Source of the DNA: Sphagnum compactum
Taxonomy: Eukaryota
Length of the DNA: 64,000 nucleotides
NCBI GenBank assembly: GCA_965153455.1
Contig: OZ234493.1
Location: forward strand, 8,546,213 to 8,610,212
Reading direction: 5' to 3'
The notes beneath the pieces were generated by a model. It searched no databases. It was not told the origin of the DNA and saw nothing but the letters and a program-made list of their open reading frames with translations. Within the stretch, counting starts at the first letter, position 1. The number at the start of each line of letters is the position of its first letter. Below, piece by piece: positions 40,251 to 51,179 of the stretch. A program made the translations under genes and the position numbers.

Positions 40251-42231
40251 AAAAAACTAATCGAAAAGGATTAAAGGGATCATCAACGGCTTGACCTAGC
40301 TGCCAATAGATCTACATTATTTAGCAATGTACATCAACAATTTGTTGTGACTGTCCTTGTGTTCGAACATCTACCAAAACATGTGGACGTTCTCACCAAA
40401 ATTGCTTCCATTGGCTTGCTTGGCAAGCAATGCAATGAACATATGTAAATGGGCAATTGAAACACAACATTTTTTAGACGAACAATTCACCATCATCTTG
40501 GAATTGTTGGATGAAAATTATGTCCGTTCTATCCAATTGTCATTTGGCCAAGTGTTCCACAAGGGCTCGGCTAGATCATGCCATCGATTCAAGAAATTGA
40601 CATCTTGCGTGTTGGGTTGGACTGAACGTTAGGAGGAAGGTCACTTGCTTGGCTTTAGTGCGGAGGTGAATCGCGAGATGAAGGAGATGCTTTGACCATA
40701 TCGACAGCACAAAAACAAGGATGTAGGTTTGGATTGTTTGAAGTGACGTCAAATCAATGAACAACCTTGCAAAGAAGTTTGAAAATTACAATAGGTTAGT
40801 TCACATACCCATAATTCCAATTTTACTGCTCCACTTATATTTTTGTACTTTCATAGTTCTACCATTTAGATTCTATTGAAATTGGTTTTCTCCTTACAGC
40901 ACGTTGTGTGCACAACTGTAACATCACCAACAATCTTCCATCGCCACATTGCCCATTTTGCTATGATCCAAACTTAGGAACTAGCATTGACCTTCCCACA
41001 ACTATCTTAGTCACCACGAGCAACACCCTGATCAACATTCCAAGTAGTCCAAGAATTGAATCCTGTAACACTAACATCGAATGGTGCATTCCTTCATAAT
41101 TTTCACCCTCATGCTACCTTCTCGCCAAATTCACAACGACCAGCAAAGAGGAGGAACATTATGTTGTGTCGTGCATTTGTTCAATGACCATTGCTTGACA
41201 ACAACTAGCACCAAATTCTCATCAATGTTTAGGTTATTGAGACTGATAAAGTTCCTTGCGTTAGTTTTGATGCATTGAACTTGATTGAAAGTAATGACAA
41301 GGATAATTTGCGTTTGACCCTAAACCTAGAAAAACATGGTGAAATTTTGAAAGAGGGAAATATTTTGAGTTGTAGTTGGAAGTTGGCAAAAGTTGCTGTT
41401 GTTGTAGGGATTTTAAGCCCCACACACAAACATTTTGCATCAACAATATCTACCCATTATAGTTTGAAAGAAAAAATTGAGTTTCAATTGAAAAGCGACG
41501 TGCATGAAATATTTCATTTTTCACATCTTGATTTTGATTACACACATGATTCTTCACATGAAGAACCCACTCATCAATGTAAGACAGATAATGGGACTTT
41601 CACAAAAAGTGAGGCTAAAAGTGACAAGGAATTGTGACCTAAAATAGTGTCAAACATTTTTTGTGGATGAGTACGAATGAAAGCAAGAACACTAAGTTAA
41701 ATGTGGGCAGATGATGTCAAAGCTGTTGTGCTTTAGGACGTCGAAAGTCCAATTTCTTGTTTTCTGTTTTTGGCTTTGTTTTGTTGTTTTGCAAGTTGTG
41801 TTTAATGTTGTTTTTCAATGGAGCAGCTTTCGTGAGCTTGTTTAAGTGATGGAGCATAATCCTTATTGCTCAATTGACAATCTTTACGGAGAGTGTGAGT
41901 CACAGTTCTTGGAGATGATTGGTGTTAAGCTTTCAAGGGAGCAGAAGGATGTGGATGAAAAAAAACTATATGAAGCTAGCTGAGGAGGAGGAAAGCAGGC
42001 AATTTTCTTTTGGGAATGTGGGAGAAATTAAATTCTGATTCTTTTAGTTATGAAGCGTGGAGTTTGTTTGGATTTTGATAGTAATAAGTTGGGGACGAAT
42101 GTCTCTTTGGACTTCTTTTCCTCTTGAACCTGATACTTGTTTTTCCGTTATGCCATGAGTGTCAGGAAGGGAGTAGGAGGTCTAGAGTTTGTATTTTTAA
42201 GGACCAAATCAAGGGAAGTGATGAAAGAATC

Positions 42232-43080
42232 CAGACCTTCTACCACTACAAAGTTAATTACTTTAACTATTTTTTTTCATATTCGGGTTGTGACAACCTC
42301 TAAGTTAACTATTTTTTTTCATATTCGGGTTGTGACAACCTCTAAGTTAACTATTTTTTTTCATCCTCGGGTTGTGACAACCTCTAAGTTAACTATTTTT
42401 TTTCATCCTCGGGTTGTGACAACCTCTAAGTTAACTATTTTTTTTCATCCTCGGGTTGTGACAACCTCTAAGTTAACTATTTTTTTTCATCCTCAGGTTG
42501 TCACCATCTGTTTTGTGCAATTGCAGTCTTATCAAGATGTTGAACTTTTTCCATACTTCACCCAAAAAAAGGGCTTTGTTAGCATGCATAACTCAGCAAT
42601 CATGCTTTAATCAAAGCTGGGCTCCTGATCCATCCTAATCCATGCAGTGATAAAAGGTTTTTCACTACTGTAGTACCTTTTATACTGCAGTTTTGATACA
42701 TATCTGCAGACCTTCTACCACTAAGTTAACTATTTTTTTTCATCCTCGGGTTGTGACAACCTCTAAGTTAACTATTTTTTTTCATCCTCGGGTTGTGACA
42801 ACCTCTAAGTTAACTATTTTTTTCCATCCTCGGGTTGTGACAACCTCTAAGTTAACTATTTTTTTCCATCCTCGAGTTGTGACAACCTCTAAGTTAACTT
42901 TTTTTTTTCATCCTCGGGTTGTGACAACCTCTAAGTTAACTATTTTTTTTCATCCTCGGGTTGTGACAACCTCTAAGTTAACTATTTTTTTTCATCCTCT
43001 AGTGGTGACAACCTCGGGTCACCACTTAGTGTAGTTAGTGGCGTTTTAGTGGGTTTAGATTTTTAGTGGTAGAAGGTCTG
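42232..43080. mobile_element. Non-autonomous hAT-type element (849 bp) with 42-bp subterminal tandem arrays
   Basis: Perfect 17-bp TIRs CAGACCTTCTACCACTA / TAGTGGTAGAAGGTCTG and a perfect 8-bp TSD AAAGAATC (42224-42231, 43081-43088). The paralog at about 55656 has an empty site (single aaagcatc). A second left TIR sits internally at 42707. Confidence 0.92.
42262..43015. repeat. Two 42-bp tandem arrays (about 6 copies at 42262-42505 and about 7 at 42722-43015)
   Basis: Unit AAGTTAACTATTTTTTTTCATCCTCGGGTTGTGACAACCTCT. Copies are near identical, with no unique spacers. Confidence 0.95.
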
Positions 43081-43547
43081 AAAGAATCTAGTGATTTCAG
43101 GAGCGATTGTGGTGGCAGTCATCATCTGTGTTAAGTTTTGGGGGGAATTCAGTGTGAATGTGTAATGTGGTTTATTTTGAAAAGAGAGTACCTATGATAT
43201 AATGGGAGCTCTAGGGATTTTGGAACAAGAGGAAACTGTGAGATTTAAACAGTCACAACTACCCGTTTTGTTCTTAGTCTCTATTTAACAAATGGAACTA
43301 CATGATGATATTGGGGTAGCATTTGTGGGGTTTTTGTTGTTGAATGATGAGCTGCCACACCTAGCAACAACCAATTGGCTCCTTAAGAGGAAATCAAGAG
43401 AGGTCTAATCCCTTGAGGTCCATAGAATTAGAATTATAAAGTTTGTTTGGCTAGAAGTTTTTTTGGATTAATAATAATATTTGTTGTAACCTCCTTTTTG
43501 CTCCTTGGAAATTTTCAGTAAACCTTGTTGAACTTACATTCAAAATG

Positions 43548-44152
43548 ATGTTTGCATGTTGCAAATCCCAGTTCTTATGCGAGTGACTAGTCCCACCCCC
43601 ATTGTGACAAAATTAGGAAGATGGCTAGTGGACAAAATGGGAGAAAAATGTAAAGGATTGTACAACCTAGGGAAATTTCTAATAATGGATGAAATGATGA
43701 TTCGTTACAAGTGCAATTTGCCCAGTAAGGCAATATTTGCCAAGTAAACCAACAAAATGGGATGTGAAGGTTTGGTGTTTGGCTAATGCCAAAACCAAGT
43801 GGGTTTGGGCTTTTGAAACCAAGTGGTGGCATCAAATTTGTTTTTCTTATTAGACACAAGTGTTACGAATGGATGGTTATTACACGCAAAATTAGCTAGA
43901 AACTTGGAGCCACCCCATTGGAACACTAAGAATTTCTTTTGCACATGGGGAAAACCTTGGCTCTGACCAAGGTGAATACGGTTCCCACCTTGTCAAGATT
44001 TGCACCTTCTACCATTCACATAGTGACATGTGAAGACAAGAAACATATTTACATGGTATGCAAGAGAAGAAGACCATATACAATATGTTTGCAATGTGGA
44101 GTGCACCTATGTATTTGGTACTTGTTTCATAGTAGCCCATAAGACAAGGAGG
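43548..44152 (+). pseudogene. piggyBac-like transposase remnant (DDE_Tnp_1_7-type core plus C-terminal Cys-rich domain), internally deleted
   Basis: Across frameshifts: CLHVANP, RWLVDKMGEKCKGLYNLGKFLIMDEMMIRYK, LPSKPTKWDVKVWCLANAKTKWVWAFE, and C-terminal VCKRRRPYTICLQCGVHLC. A possible right end is ggagg|ttaa at 44152. Confidence 0.8.
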
Positions 44153-46074
44153 TTAAACCCCAAAAAAAAAATAGTACATACTAAATAATGTTTTTTTTTG
44201 GTCAATTTTTTGTTGTAGCTAGAGTGGCAATGATTCCCAAAGAGGATTCAGCTAAAATTCACTATGAATAAAACCTCTTTTTTCTGGTGGATACTCTCCC
44301 ATTTCTAATTTTTCTTTTGTGGATATTCTCCAAATTTTTTCTTTTTGCAGATACTCTCCAAATTTTCCAGTTTTTCCCCCCCTAAGTGCTTAGGGAAAAA
44401 AAAAAAAAACAAAAAACACCAAAGATTTATGAATTTGTACTCCATATTTGTGCTATAGCCAGATTTGGCTAAATCTTCTAGGGGAATCTCACCACCTTTT
44501 CTACCAATGTTTCTAAAAGTGGCGAAATTCTGTCACTAAGCAACAAAAAAATTCCAAAAAACTTGTAGGTTTTTTTATAAAAGAATGCAAATGTGACCAT
44601 GTTTACTGATTTTTTGACATTTTTCACCACTTTTTCAACCTCACAAAACTGAAAAAACAACCATTGTTTTTTACATGTGGATATGGATGGTAGCCACTTT
44701 AGCTCCAATAAAAAAATGGTAAGTAGGGAAGGGGGAGTGGGGAAGGAAAAAAAAAGTGGATGGGGGATGGGGGAACGTAAGAAAAAATGGTAGGTAGGTA
44801 GGGGAGGGGGAGTGGGGGAAGAAAAAAACAAAGGGGATGGGGTTGGGGAATAAAAAAAAATTATGGAGGAGGTGGCAAAAAATAAAAGAGGAAATGATCC
44901 TATGTATTATAGTTTTTTTTTTTTTTTGGCCAGTAAAAGGCTAGTTTTCTGACAAGATTTTTTTTTTCTCAAACACAAAATTTTATCAACATTCATTTGT
45001 TGATACCATTGGATCCAATTTATGTGTGTCCCAAATCTTTTGAAAACTAGATATAGGATAGGTAACACATATATACCATGAAGCTTCATTGCATGGGTGG
45101 TGTCTCATTAAAAAGAAAATTTTCGAGCCCTCCAAGGTTTGCCATGGTTTTGGGCAAGAATTGCCTTACTTTATATTGGTGCATTCAAGATGCTTGATCT
45201 TATTCATATGTTTATATAAACGATTTGAAATTTTCATAACTTGTTATTCATGCTATGTTCTTCAAATTCAACAGTGCATTTTTGTAATTCTCAAGTTTTG
45301 CTTAGATCCATGAAAAAATAAAGATGATGTTCTTTTGGTAATGAAAATCACCTTCAAAAGGCTTAGGCTTTTAGAGGTCGATATTGAATGAATTTGCACA
45401 AAGCAACGAATTTCATTTAAAAACTTCCTTTAGAATTCGACCTTTAGAGTATATTGCCATAGGGTGTTTGCAGATCCACATGTTCAAGGAACCCCCTTGC
45501 CATGCACTACACAGCCCATGGAACACCAGTTGTCAAAAGCTTAAAGAAGAACTAAGGAATTTTTTTTGCATTAGCATTTTATTTTATTTTATTGACCTCA
45601 TTATGAAAAACTTGAAAAAAATTCCCACTAAGATTTATTCATCATAGTCATTACCATCAATGTCATGTAACACAGGGTTTGTATCAAGGAAATACAATCA
45701 AATGTAGAAAAGACTTGGGAAGTTAAGAAAGAGTGCACATCTCTTTTACTGAAGACGAATATACATTGGAAATGACTGACAATTTTACATTATGTGCAGT
45801 AGCATGAGTAAGTTGGTGGGGTTATATTTGAATTCTTAAGCATCATACCCACCCCTTACCTACATATTTGATGTAAACCTACCCGATAATATATTTGCAA
45901 GAGAACACCAAAAGGGAAAAAAAGAGAAATGTGGGTCCAAAATTGAGGCCATCTAGGAAATAGTACTACCTTCTTCCTAACTAGTACCTTGGTGCAACTA
46001 CCCAAGGAGAACAATCATGACTAAACTGCCATACCATACTGCCAGGAATGAATGAGTCCACAAATTGTGAAAGT

Positions 46075-46600
46075 GCAGAGAGAGGTTATGAACCCATCCA
46101 TCTGAAGTAAGTAAGAATGAGAGGTGAGTTTCCAAGGGGTGGAAGTTGAGAAATACCTAAGCCATCCAAACAAGTGATAGTGGGAGGTGATTTTGCAAAC
46201 GGTGAAAGTTGAAGAGGTAGCCAACCCTTAGAAGTGACCATGGGAGGTAGGTTTGCAAGGAGCCAAAGGTGTGAGTGAGGTACTTAACCACCTTGTGAGA
46301 CTGGAATTGGGTCCAAGGGATGGAAGTCAAGAGGTCGTCAACCCAAGGGATGGATGAAAGTGAGAGGTAGCGAAAACTACATTGTGAAATTGGGAAGTGG
46401 ATCTGAAACGGTGTGGAAGTAAGTAAAAGAGGTAACCAACCTATGGGGTGAAAGTTGACAATGAGCTCTACTAAACGACCTGGTCAAATTGGATGTGTGT
46501 CTGAAAAGGGCTGGAACTAAAAGAGGTAGCCAACCAATCAGAAGTGAGAATGAGAGGTGGGTCAGCAAGGGGTGCAATTTTTTAAGAGGTAACCAAAATT
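46075..46600. repeat. Degenerate short-period repeat downstream of PHT1
   Basis: Recurrent gaaagt(g/t)gagaggtagccaacc-like motif at about 46080, 46205, 46360, 46428, 46520 and 46585. Confidence 0.55.
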
Positions 46601-46696
46601 CACCAAAAAAATTTCAATATCCCCAATTGTGGTACACGAAGGAAACCAAAGCAATCCTAACCGTTCCCGTTTTGGGGGGGGAGGTGTGGTCGGGAT

Positions 46697-48364
46697 TTAG
46701 ACGGTGGCGGTGTGACCACGGTTCGGCAGTTGGACTCCAGCGGTAGAAACTACCGACGGTCTAGTGTGATTGGAGAACCAGCTGCGAACGCTCTGCGAGC
46801 CACCGTCCTCGTTCTCGCCCGACAGATCTTCCAACGAGACTTGGTTGGTTTCAGGCACCAGAAAGGTGCAAACGAAGCCCAGGCAACTGATGGTCGCCAG
46901 ACAGAAGAGCGCAAATCGGAGCCCTATTCCCCTGGGGTAGCCCGCATCGTCTCGACTCCTGTGCGAGCTCTCCGCAGCGTAACCGAACCCGAAAGCTCCA
47001 ATGATGGCACCTGCTTTGCCTGCCGCAGCGGATATCCCGTGGCAAGTCGCCCTTAACCTGGCGGGGTAAAGCTCGGCCGGCACGATGAAGGTGGTGCTAT
47101 TAGGTCCGAAGTTGCAAAAGAAGAAGAAAAGTGCGTACAGTACAACAAACAAAACCTTGCTGCGGTGATGGACCTTTCCGCTTGCATCGTAAGACACGAA
47201 ATGGTTGTAAGGGATAGCAAGGGCCAGCATAAAGACGGTCATGAAGAAGAATCCCTGGAGTTGGATCCTGAATCTCCCAATCCTGTCGACGAGGGCAACC
47301 GTCACCCAATAGCCCGGAACCGTCGCGAACAGCGCCACCAGTGTCTGCGTGCGTGCGATCTTGAAAACCTCTTCGATTGCAGTCATGTTCTTGGCCGCCG
47401 GTATCCATCCAATTGCGGCGTACACATCTTTCTGAAACAGCGTCTGGCTGTAAAACGCGATGTCAAGACAGAACCAACATGAGGTGGTGCCCAAGAGTTG
47501 GAAACCATGCCTGCGTACAAACTCCCGTGAGAACAGCGTGTACCGCGCCTGTTCCCTCATACTCCCGGGTTCAATGACTTCGTTTCCCTGCGCTGCAGAC
47601 TCGACGTCCAGCACCGTGTTCATATCGATCACAGCTTGTTTGGTATTCCCGGCGACCAGAGCCGTGTATCGCGCCGTCTCCGGCATCTTCAAACGGTAGT
47701 AGAACGTAAGCGCAGCCGGGACTGCACCCATACCGAGGATGATGCGCCAGATGAAGTCGGCCGCAGGAGACGCGTAAGGAGCCGGAGCCGAATAGAAATG
47801 GTTGAAGATCGCCGACACAGTGACGCCCACTATCCCCGCGAAGAGGATCCCGAATCCTTGCATGGCGAAGACGGCAGCAATGAACGCCCCGCGCGTTCTG
47901 GTGTTCGAATACTCTGACATGATAGTTGCCGAGAGTGGGTAGTCGCCGCCGATTCCGAAACCCAACCAAAATCTGAAGAAACAGAGAGTCGTAATCACAG
48001 CGGTTGCGCTGCGGCCGAACGAGAGCCCGGATCCAATCGCGGAGATGATCATCAGGAGCAGCGTGATGCCGTAGACTTTCTTGCGGCCCAGCTTGTCGCC
48101 GAGCCAGCCGAAGAAGAGCTGCCCGACCAGTGTCCCGCACAATGCCACCCCAATCACAGCTGCATTGACGTTGGCAGGCAAGGTTCCGGGCGTTGTGCCG
48201 TCGAGTTTGGTGTAGTAGAGGCGGCCGAGGAGCTTGGTGACGAGAGGGATGGAGAACAGATCGTAAGCGTCAGTGAAGAAACCCATTCCCGCTATGATAA
48301 TCGCCGTGAAATGGTACCATTGCGTCTTGGCCTTATCTAAGGCTGTCAACACCGGCAACGCCAT
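46697..48364 (-). CDS. PHT1: PHT1-family H+/inorganic phosphate symporter (MFS), 555 aa, intronless CDS
   Basis: A single 555-aa ORF with the PHT1 signature [13 protein letters not shown], plus [58 protein letters not shown] and multiple hydrophobic segments. Confidence 0.97.
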   Translation of the reverse strand: MALPVLTALDKAKTQWYHFTAIIIAGMGFFTDAYDLFSIPLVTKLLGRLYYTKLDGTTPGTLPANVNAAVIGVALCGTLVGQLFFGWLGDKLGRKKVYGITLLLMIISAIGSGLSFGRSATAVITTLCFFRFWLGFGIGGDYPLSATIMSEYSNTRTRGAFIAAVFAMQGFGILFAGIVGVTVSAIFNHFYSAPAPYASPAADFIWRIILGMGAVPAALTFYYRLKMPETARYTALVAGNTKQAVIDMNTVLDVESAAQGNEVIEPGSMREQARYTLFSREFVRRHGFQLLGTTSCWFCLDIAFYSQTLFQKDVYAAIGWIPAAKNMTAIEEVFKIARTQTLVALFATVPGYWVTVALVDRIGRFRIQLQGFFFMTVFMLALAIPYNHFVSYDASGKVHHRSKVLFVVLYALFFFFCNFGPNSTTFIVPAELYPARLRATCHGISAAAGKAGAIIGAFGFGYAAESSHRSRDDAGYPRGIGLRFALFCLATISCLGFVCTFLVPETNQVSLEDLSGENEDGGSQSVRSWFSNHTRPSVVSTAGVQLPNRGHTATV

Positions 48365-48531
48365 GGCTAGCTAGCCGCCCGCTTTGCAAATTCAGATTCT
48401 TTCACTGCAAATAACAACAACAGTAGCTAAGAGTGTTATACAAAAACCGCAGAAAAGAACACAAAAAAAAAATCTTGAAAATCATGCAAACTCTAGTTCC
48501 AATGCTCATTATCATCAGCACAAAATGTGAG

Positions 48532-48535
<4 letters not shown>

Positions 48536-48584
<49 letters not shown>
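48536..48584. repeat. (CT/GA)n microsatellite in the putative PHT1 5'-UTR intron
   Basis: Uninterrupted tctctc run. On the minus strand a candidate donor AAG|GTACTT lies at about 48669 and a candidate acceptor TTTGCAG at about 48405. Confidence 0.9.
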
Positions 48585-48586
<2 letters not shown>

Positions 48587-49268
48587 CTCAACCTTCACTT
48601 AACCACATGACACGCATTGCAGCAGCAACTTCAAAGGGTCCATACTACTGGGGTTCTTGGAAAAAGTACCTTACAAGAAGACCGAGTAGACTGCAGAGAA
48701 ACTCTCCTCGAAATCCCCACAACAAACAAACAAACAATCTCAAGCCGAGACAGGCATTGTTGCTGGGCAGATTGGAAGGTCTTGACCACAAAGGATAGAA
48801 GGGAAAGCAGAAGAAGAAAGAGGGAACAGCCACACCCAAAACACGTCACTGAAAGAACTGAAAGAAACAAGAGATATCGAGAGAAGAGATGTGTGTGTGT
48901 CTGAAAGAACCACAGAGGGAGCTCCTCATAAATGGGGAGGAGAACCTGGAGAAACCACAGGTGACACGGAAACGGCGAAGGTGCCGGTGGCTTGGTGAAG
49001 AACAAAGACGTTTCAGTTTAATAAGCAACCGCAGCTTCCAGGCAAACCAGAGAAAGAGAGAGAGAGAGACATTTACCGATCACGCGCCGCGTAGTTCGCT
49101 GCGTCCTCAGCGAGTGAGCGAAGCACCCGGGCAGGCACAATTTAGTGTCTTCCGCGTCACTGACAATGACAACGACAAGCTTTAATGGCGAACTTGTTTC
49201 TCCGTTTGTCGTTTTATGTGTCGTTGTCGGAGAAGATTATATTGCGGCCACGGAATTCAACGACTAAT

Positions 49269-49301
<33 letters not shown>

Positions 49302-51179
49302 ATGATTTATGCTGTTGGGCGGCCCCTGGTCAGGCTTTGTAGTACCTGGGGGCCATCCGTCATCCTGATCGACTTCTCGCCAGCGTTTTAAAAATACATT
49401 TAAAAAATCAATTTTGTGATGTAGCCACAGTGGCAATGATCCACATGAAGATTTACTAAAATTTGGCTACAAACTGAATTTGAAACTAATTTTTTTGAAA
49501 CTTCTTTCTATATAGTTTTGGTTTAACATCCTTGAACAATGTATAGAAATCTGGCAATTTTTCTAAAATTTTGGTCGAATTCTGGCTATTCAAAGTCTAA
49601 AAAAAGTTGATGATTTTAGCACTTTCAAATTCTAATATAGCTTTTTGGCTATATGTAGCCAGCAAAAAAAAGCTGCAAGTTCTGGCTACCGATCTGATCT
49701 TCTCATCGCCTATGCGCGAACACACAACTGGTTTACAGTTCGAGTGATCTGCCCGCTATGCTCTTATTACCAATTTATCTTTTTCTTGCCACAATGTAAC
49801 AGAAATTCACCCTTGAGTTTCAAATTTATGATGTAGCCAAACTAGAAATCGTTGGCAAAAAAATTTAGCCAAATTTGGGCTATAGACCAGCTAAGAAAGT
49901 AATTAAAAAAAGGATCCTTCATATTCTTGGCTACATGCTAGAACCCAACAGAAAAATCTGGAGAATTTTTTTAAAAAGAAAAGAAAAAAGTGGAAATATG
50001 GCAACTAGAAAATTAAAAAAGACATGTTTTCAGCCATTTTGTAAATTTAAAAATTATAAAAAATATTTTTAAAATATTTTTAAAAAAAAACTGGTTGAAT
50101 TTAGCCAGGAAAAAAAAATACTGGTGAGATTACCCAAGGCCACGCCAAGAAATAATCTAAGCTTCATGTGCTTACCCTCTCCACCTGGTGGGTTGATCCA
50201 CCCACAATCAGAAGAGCACCTGGTTTGAAAGGTTCTTGGCATAATCCTCTCAGCCTTGAGAGTCACACACACCCTTTAGATCATAGGGTGGCTCAGAAGA
50301 GTGTACCCTACCAACCCTCTTGACTCCTGCCCAAATTCACTTATCTTGTTGACAAAGAAAAATGAGTGCAGTTTTGATCATTAAATTGGGTGTGATACGA
50401 AGGAGATACTCTTTGGGAGATATGCTCTTTGGAACTCAATGGATTCTGCTACTTGAAGAAATTACAAATCTCCCAGAGGATTAGGCTTTGTGGCAAATTC
50501 AGTTTTGGTTGTGAGAAATTCACTTATCTTGGCTAAATGCAGTTCTTGATTATTGGGTGTGATTTGGAAAGAGATTGTTTTTGGAAGAAACAAATGTGAT
50601 TTCAAATGCAATAATGACATGTCTTGTGTTTCCTTGTTATTACTAGAGTTACAGGAACTTTGCAAAGGTCTTGGTGGTGGAGCAAATTCTACTCATCTCA
50701 TCCCCTATGTGGATTTGTAGTTTGGGGCTTTACCATGCTGACAATATTGTTGCTTCTGCTGCTAAGCACACTTAACTTAAGGGTCACTTTAGACAAGGGT
50801 CCAAGGAGTAAGGTCGAATCAAATTGAGCATTCCTAATGGTCAACAACTTTAAATTGGTCCCAGGATCAAGACAAATCAAATTGTGATTTAGCCTACATG
50901 GCATCATTTTGGAGGGAAAACCAAATTGGTCTGAACACAAGAAAGAGCTTAATGGAGAGCTCATGGTTTGGAGACCAAAGTGGAAGCTATGGTGCAAGGT
51001 TGCTCACTTCTTTGTTTTGTTGCTTTTTTTCATTATTTCTTTAAACCCTTGTTGAAATTATGTGAGAATGAAAGACATGCTATGGATTGGGGACATTGTT
51101 GAGAGCAGACCATCTCCCCCATTTTTTTACCAATTTTACAATTAACATGGTTTGGTTTTGTGAATCCTTGCAAGGTGGT

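Larger units (their letters stand above)
41638..43547. repeat. Unclassified dispersed repeat of about 1.05 kb (copy 1), interrupted by a hAT-type insertion
   Basis: 41638-42231 plus 43089-43547 align collinearly with 55080-56120. Confidence 0.85.

Noticed and set aside
42262..43015. CRISPR-like array of palindromic repeats, and ORFs 42137-42610 and 42693-43034 with LTIFFHPRVVTTSK repeats
   Set aside because: Units are head-to-tail with no unique spacers and no cas genes, and they lie inside TIRs and an 8-bp TSD. The ORFs arise only because 42 is a multiple of 3.
47030..47037. P1BS-matching GGATATCC
   Set aside because: It lies inside the PHT1 coding sequence and is likely a chance match.
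46712..48140. Several antisense and alternate-frame ORFs within PHT1
   Set aside because: Expected from a GC-rich CDS with few off-frame stops. No recognisable products.
50100..51050. Possible LINE ORF1 relic (KTCHYC..NH) on the minus strand
   Set aside because: Too decayed, with no RT or endonuclease motif recognisable by eye.
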